Position numbers and translations under genes: made by a program. A stretch of DNA of 13,840 nucleotides from a virus. Its lineage: Duplodnaviria > Heunggongvirae > Uroviricota > Caudoviricetes. Below, in pieces: positions 8,561 through 13,840 of this stretch (positions within the stretch are counted from its first letter, which is position 1; each line of letters begins with the position of its first letter). The DNA lies in IMG/VR virus record IMGVR_UViG_2698536366_000004; one strand, written 5' to 3'. Under the pieces are notes generated by a model. The model searched no databases, was not told where the DNA came from, and was given only the letters and a program-made list of their open reading frames with translations.

Positions 8561-10455
8561 TCAGCTAATCGTGATGCCTGCAGTGGCTTTCTTCATCACC
8601 ACAACCAGCAAATCGCTGATACTTGCTGTGGGATACCAGCCATTTACCAGCCATGCCGATACAGAAAACTCCAGCGTCATGTGACCGTGACCGGCAGGCA
8701 TATCAATAACACCCGTATATATCAGCGTATTATCCAGGGTCGTTCGGTTATAAATTTCAGCACCGTTTTTCTTCACTATCAGGCGGCATGACGAATAAAT
8801 ATTGTTATTCTTCCGCTCATGTTTAGCACCGCGAAACGCCACCGCGGGAATAACAATTTGCCGATCAAACGGCTGATCGTCATAAACCCTGACGGTAATG
8901 GTCCCTGATGGCCACCTCTCCGGTGCCCGGGAGTCCCGTGGGAAAGGTTTGCCCACTGTTTTAACGAGATCGCCTTCAATCTGGTTCGCGGACAATTTTC
9001 CCAGAACCCGACAGTTCTTATTAATCGTGACGTTGTTGAGCGTCCCGGAGTTCGCGTTCACGTTACCGCTGATATCGGCATTTTTCGCCGTCAGCCGTCC
9101 GCCAGGTGTCAGGGAAAATGCCGGAGGATTACCGCCGCTGGTAATGGTCGGAGCCGTCAGGCATTTCAGGAACACGTCGTTCATGAATATCTGATCGCCC
9201 TGACCAACAAACATCGGCTTTGTGTTGCCATTCGCAGGATTAATCATCGCAATCCTGTCTGCCGCCAGCAGCACCTGACTCTGCATTCCTGCTGGCGTAT
9301 TCTCAATACCGGCACCGATACCCGCAATATAAAGGCGTCCGTCCTTCATCTGTTGCAGCTTCACAGCCCACATGCTGTTCAGGTTATTATTTGTATCAAC
9401 CTGAACTTTCTGTATCTGCTGGATTGCAGCACTCTGATTTTCCAGTTTTTTATTGACGGTTTGCGTGATTTCATTGCTGACATTCGTAATGGACGTCCTG
9501 ATTTCAGTCAGGTCCGGCGCAAGCTGACCGTTATCAATCTGCGTCCACAACTCCTTGCCGAGATGCGTTTTATTGATCAACCCTTTATAAAAATTCAGAT
9601 AACCTTCTGCATCATCGCTCGCCCGACCGATGGCCTCCACAAATGCCGATTTGCCAACGGTGTTCACACTGCGAACGTAAAAATAATAATCATGGCCCGG
9701 CCTGATATTGATACTGGCGGCTATCCAGTACAGCGCCGTGCCAAGATAGCGGGCGCTGGTTTCAACCTGCCTGATATCCGCAATCCGCTTTTCCGAAAAC
9801 CAGAACTCAAACTGCACCGTCGGGTCATATACAGCCAGTTTCGGGACCGCCGTTATCTGAAAATACCCCGGTATCAGTTCAATAGTGACAGGCGCTGCCG
9901 GTGCCGCAATCCGGAACGATACCGACGCCGGATCGCCCTGCTGCCCCCACGCATTTACTGCCCGGACTGTCAGCCTGTAGTTCCCCAGCGCCAGTTGTGT
10001 GAAGCGGTAAGTGGTTTCCGTCGTCCGGGCCGTGCTGACCAGCCGCTCACTGCCGTCATCCGCTGTTACGGTCAGACGGAGCAGGAAGCTCACGCCCTTC
10101 ACCACCTTCGGCGTGTCCCAGCGCGCCAGCACCTGATATTCCCCGCTGTCTGCGGTGACTTCGGCGGTCAGATGCTGCACCGCTGGCGGCGTGACACCAT
10201 TCACCGTGCCGCTCTGGTCGCCGTCAAAGTGCGCCCCGTTATCCACGATGGCTTCTTTTTCCGGCACATGCTGCACGGCGGTGATGGCATACGTGCCGTC
10301 GTCGTTCTCACGGATACTCACGCAGCGGAACAGACGCTGGCGCAGCGTCGGCAGCTTCAGCCCCCACACGCTGTATTCTGCAACGCCGTCAGGAACACGG
10401 CTCACTTTTACCTTCACGCCGTCGGTGACGGACTGGACCTCCACGCTGACCGGAA
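8561..10455 (-). pseudogene. 5'-truncated host specificity protein J fragment (J2; C-terminal ~626 codons, receptor-binding variant B), no native start
   Basis: Collinear with the C-terminal 626 aa of full J. It begins mid-gene at VEVQSVTDG directly at the junction with truncated lom copy 3 (10455/10456). The track's start is a GTG with no evident Shine-Dalgarno. Confidence 0.75.
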
Positions 10456-10896
10456 TCCGGTCAGCACATCGTGCGTTTTCCCCTTGTTGTCAGTTACGCG
10501 GAGATAATCCCCGGAGAAGGTCGACACACGGCTGTAAGCCACGCCCGCCATCGCATACGCGCTGAACCATTCATTCACGCGCACAGACGGCCCCGCCATC
10601 ACGCTGAACCAGCGGTTACGCACGGAATCCTCATGCCAGCGGGTATCGCTGTAATGCGTTTTTTGCTCATCTTCAGCGTTGGCATAACTGAATGACGTAA
10701 TCAGCCCCAGCGTGTCCGTAAACTCATAACGGTATTTCACGTTAATGCCCTTCAGGTCATCGCTGCCTGGCATATCAGTATGGGTCTGAAGATACCCGGC
10801 GCTCAGCGTGGACTGATGTTCAGACGCCCATGCAGGCGCACCGGATACGGCCAGACAGATGGCTGCGGACAAAATGGCTGCACAAACTTTACGCAT
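10414..10896 (-). pseudogene. lom copy 3, 3'-truncated: first ~147 codons of lom joined at 10455/10456 to J-derived sequence, reading through 13 out-of-frame codons
   Basis: Identical to lom copy 2 from the start codon through ...DVLTG, then [13 protein letters not shown]-stop encoded by J-derived DNA. Lacks the C-terminal beta-strands. Confidence 0.75.
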
Positions 10897-10916
10897 AATT
10901 ACCTCTCGCTTTTCTG

Positions 10917-10944
10917 CAATAAAAAAGGCACCATTTCTGGTGCC
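10917..10944 (-). terminator. Rho-independent terminator between full J and lom copy 3
   Basis: Same hairpin as 8514-8541 (ggcacca / tggtgcc) followed by a T-run on the minus strand. Confidence 0.55.
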
Positions 10945-10963
10945 CGTATCTGGGTTATAAAAT

Positions 10964-13840
10964 TCAGCTAATCGTGATGCCTGCAGTGGCTTTCTTCATC
11001 ACCACAACCAGCAAATCGCTGATACTTGCTGTGGGATACCAGCCATTTACCAGCCATGCCGATACAGAAAACTCCAGCGTCATGTGACCGTGACCGGCAG
11101 GCATATCAATAACACCCGTATATATCAGCGTATTATCCAGGGTCGTTCGGTTATAAATTTCAGCACCGTTTTTCTTCACTATCAGGCGGCATGACGAATA
11201 AATATTGTTATTCTTCCGCTCATGTTTAGCACCGCGAAACGCCACCGCGGGAATAACAATTTGCCGATCAAACGGCTGATCGTCATAAACCCTGACGGTA
11301 ATGGTCCCTGATGGCCACCTCTCCGGTGCCCGGGAGTCCCGTGGGAAAGGTTTGCCCACTGTTTTAACGAGATCGCCTTCAATCTGGTTCGCGGACAATT
11401 TTCCCAGAACCCGACAGTTCTTATTAATCGTGACGTTGTTGAGCGTCCCGGAGTTCGCGTTCACGTTACCGCTGATATCGGCATTTTTCGCCGTCAGCCG
11501 TCCGCCAGGTGTCAGGGAAAATGCCGGAGGATTACCGCCGCTGGTAATGGTCGGAGCCGTCAGGCATTTCAGGAACACGTCGTTCATGAATATCTGATCG
11601 CCCTGACCAACAAACATCGGCTTTGTGTTGCCATTCGCAGGATTAATCATCGCAATCCTGTCTGCCGCCAGCAGCACCTGACTCTGCATTCCTGCTGGCG
11701 TATTCTCAATACCGGCACCGATACCCGCAATATAAAGGCGTCCGTCCTTCATCTGTTGCAGCTTCACAGCCCACATGCTGTTCAGGTTATTATTTGTATC
11801 AACCTGAACTTTCTGTATCTGCTGGATTGCAGCACTCTGATTTTCCAGTTTTTTATTGACGGTTTGCGTGATTTCATTGCTGACATTCGTAATGGACGTC
11901 CTGATTTCAGTCAGGTCCGGCGCAAGCTGACCGTTATCAATCTGCGTCCACAACTCCTTGCCGAGATGCGTTTTATTGATCAACCCTTTATAAAAATTCA
12001 GATAACCTTCTGCATCATCGCTCGCCCGACCGATGGCCTCCACAAATGCCGATTTGCCAACGGTGTTCACACTGCGAACGTAAAAATAATAATCATGGCC
12101 CGGCCTGATATTGATACTGGCGGCTATCCAGTACAGCGCCGTGCCAAGATAGCGGGCGCTGGTTTCAACCTGCCTGATATCCGCAATCCGCTTTTCCGAA
12201 AACCAGAACTCAAACTGCACCGTCGGGTCATATACAGCCAGTTTCGGGACCGCCGTTATCTGAAAATACCCCGGTATCAGTTCAATAGTGACAGGCGCTG
12301 CCGGTGCCGCAATCCGGAACGATACCGACGCCGGATCGCCCTGCTGCCCCCGGGCATTTACCGCCCGGACTGTCAGACTGTAATTCCCCAGCGCCAGCTG
12401 CCTGAAGCGGTATGTGGTTTCCGTCGTCCTGGCTGTGCTGACCAGCCGCTCACTGCCGTCGTCCGCTGCCACGGTCAGGCGAAGCAGGAAGCTCACACCC
12501 TTCACCACCTTCGGCGTGTCCCATCGCGCCAGCACCTGATATTCCCCGCTGTCTGCGGTGACTTCGGCGGTCAGATGCTGCACCGCTGGCGGCGTGACAC
12601 CATTCACCGTGCCGCGCCGGTCACCGTCAAAGTGTGCCCCGTTATCCACGATGGCCTCTTTTTCCGGCACATGCTGCACGGCGGTGATGGCATACGTGCC
12701 GTCGTCGTTCTCACGGATACTCACGCAGCGGAACAATCGCTGGTGCAGCGTCGGCAGCTTCAGCCCCCACACGCTGTATTCTGCAACGCCGTCAGGAACC
12801 CGGCTCACTTTCACCTTCACGCCGTCGGTGACGGACTGGACCTCCACGCTGACCGGATTGCCACTTCCGTCAACCAGGCTTATCAGCGTGGTACCGGAGG
12901 ACGGCAGCGTGATTTCACGGTCGAGCGTCAGCGTCCGGGTCTGGCTGTTCACCGCCAGTACGCGACCACCGGTGCTGATACCGGCATAATCATCATCGCA
13001 GATTTCAATGACATCACCCGGTACATGGCGAAGCCCTTCTGCGCCCACGCTGAAGTCCACGGTCTGCGTTTCCAGCAGTTCCGTTTTAATCAGCCACAGC
13101 CCGGCTCGGTGTGCCTGCCCCCGGCTGGTACAGCCAAAGGCATCCATCTTCGTGACATTACGACCGTAACGGGCAATGGCCTGCGTATCCTCCACAAGCT
13201 CTGTCGCCGTCTCCCAGCCGTTATCTGGGTCAATCCAGTTCACCTCAACGGCATTATGGCGGTCCTTCAGGGCGCTGAAGCTGTAGCGGAACGGCGCGCC
13301 ATCGTCCGGCATCACCACATTACTGCGGTTATAGGTCCACACCTTATCCGACGGTCGGTCCTGCACGAACGTCAGCATCTGTCCGTTCCATACCGGCATA
13401 CAGCGCATCGCCGAGCAGAAATCACTGAGAACATCCCACGCCTTACGCTGTGTGGTCAGGTAAGAGTTACAGGTGATGCGCGGCTCCGTGCCGCCAAATC
13501 CGTCCGTCACTGACTGGTCGCAGTACTGGCCGATGACATACAGCGCCCATTTGTCCACATCTGCCGCACCAAGACGTTTCCCCATGCCGTAGCGCGGATG
13601 AGTGAGCATGTCCCACAGACACCAGGCCATGTTGTTGCTGTATGCTGGCTTAAGCGTTCCGTCCCAGATACCGCTGTATTGCCGCGTCTGCGGGTTATAG
13701 TTCGACGGCACCTGCAGAATGCGCCCGCGAAGATGATAATTGCGACTCACCTGCTGGTTACCGAACTGCTCTGAATCCACCTGCACGCCGACCAGCGCCG
13801 TGTTCGGGTAGCACTGTTTCACATCGATGATTTCGGTGTA
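10964..13840 (-). CDS. J: Host specificity protein J (tail tip / central tail fibre), 5'-partial (C-terminal ~958 codons in window), receptor-binding variant B
   Basis: Collinear with lambda J from ...[22 protein letters not shown] through the fibronectin-like repeats; the frame stays open to the window edge. The last ~150 aa differ from lambda's LamB-binding C-terminus. The track's start at 13822 is an internal GTG; the gene continues upstream beyond the window. Confidence 0.92.
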   Translation of the reverse strand, partial: YTEIIDVKQCYPNTALVGVQVDSEQFGNQQVSRNYHLRGRILQVPSNYNPQTRQYSGIWDGTLKPAYSNNMAWCLWDMLTHPRYGMGKRLGAADVDKWALYVIGQYCDQSVTDGFGGTEPRITCNSYLTTQRKAWDVLSDFCSAMRCMPVWNGQMLTFVQDRPSDKVWTYNRSNVVMPDDGAPFRYSFSALKDRHNAVEVNWIDPDNGWETATELVEDTQAIARYGRNVTKMDAFGCTSRGQAHRAGLWLIKTELLETQTVDFSVGAEGLRHVPGDVIEICDDDYAGISTGGRVLAVNSQTRTLTLDREITLPSSGTTLISLVDGSGNPVSVEVQSVTDGVKVKVSRVPDGVAEYSVWGLKLPTLHQRLFRCVSIRENDDGTYAITAVQHVPEKEAIVDNGAHFDGDRRGTVNGVTPPAVQHLTAEVTADSGEYQVLARWDTPKVVKGVSFLLRLTVAADDGSERLVSTARTTETTYRFRQLALGNYSLTVRAVNARGQQGDPASVSFRIAAPAAPVTIELIPGYFQITAVPKLAVYDPTVQFEFWFSEKRIADIRQVETSARYLGTALYWIAASINIRPGHDYYFYVRSVNTVGKSAFVEAIGRASDDAEGYLNFYKGLINKTHLGKELWTQIDNGQLAPDLTEIRTSITNVSNEITQTVNKKLENQSAAIQQIQKVQVDTNNNLNSMWAVKLQQMKDGRLYIAGIGAGIENTPAGMQSQVLLAADRIAMINPANGNTKPMFVGQGDQIFMNDVFLKCLTAPTITSGGNPPAFSLTPGGRLTAKNADISGNVNANSGTLNNVTINKNCRVLGKLSANQIEGDLVKTVGKPFPRDSRAPERWPSGTITVRVYDDQPFDRQIVIPAVAFRGAKHERKNNNIYSSCRLIVKKNGAEIYNRTTLDNTLIYTGVIDMPAGHGHMTLEFSVSAWLVNGWYPTASISDLLVVVMKKATAGITIS

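Larger units (their letters stand above)
8053..12858 (-). repeat. Tandem direct repeat, 2 x 2403 bp (unit A 8053-10455, unit B 10456-12858), each unit = 5' part of lom + intergenic terminator + 3' ~1.9 kb of J
   Basis: Paired ORFs in the track are offset by exactly 2403 bp (8779/11182, 8898/11301, 9353/11756, 10155/12558). The first ~1.9 kb of each unit (8053-~9948 vs 10456-~12351) reads identical; the last ~0.5 kb differs at several percent of positions. Confidence 0.85.

Noticed and set aside
8053-12858. Tandem repeats as a CRISPR array, or as a diversity-generating retroelement template/variable repeat pair
   Set aside because: The units are 2.4 kb protein-coding repeats with no short repeat-spacer periodicity. 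Differences between copies are mixed transitions and transversions at all four bases rather than adenine-specific, and no reverse transcriptase is present in the window.
5114-13840. Invertible-segment or shufflon-type tail-fibre switching (as in Mu G or P1 C segments)
   Set aside because: All cassettes are in direct orientation, no long inverted repeats flank them, and no invertase or recombinase gene is present in the window. Any switching would be deletional by homologous recombination.

Overview
This window is the distal tail-fibre / host-range end of a lambda-like (lambdoid) phage or prophage, with every credible gene on the minus strand. In transcription order (high to low coordinates) it contains: host specificity protein J (5' end runs off the window), a 3'-truncated lom (copy 3), a 5'-truncated J fragment (J2), an intact lom (copy 2), a truncated second side-tail-fibre N-terminal fragment, a ~245 bp IS remnant fused in frame to a third 5'-truncated J (J1) that carries a different receptor-binding C-terminus, a frameshifted lom (copy 1), then intact stf and tfa, and finally a ~550 bp AT-rich non-coding island. 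The canonical J-lom-stf-tfa module is therefore expanded into three tandem J C-terminus/lom cassettes with clear recombination scars. The main hypothesis is that this array is an unstable reservoir of alternative receptor-binding domains; prophage decay or assembly error are the alternatives. Protein identifications are from memory of lambda J, Lom, Stf, Tfa and IS21 IstA, not from a database search. The printed sequence appears one base short somewhere after about 13514, so coordinates near the right end follow the ORF track.
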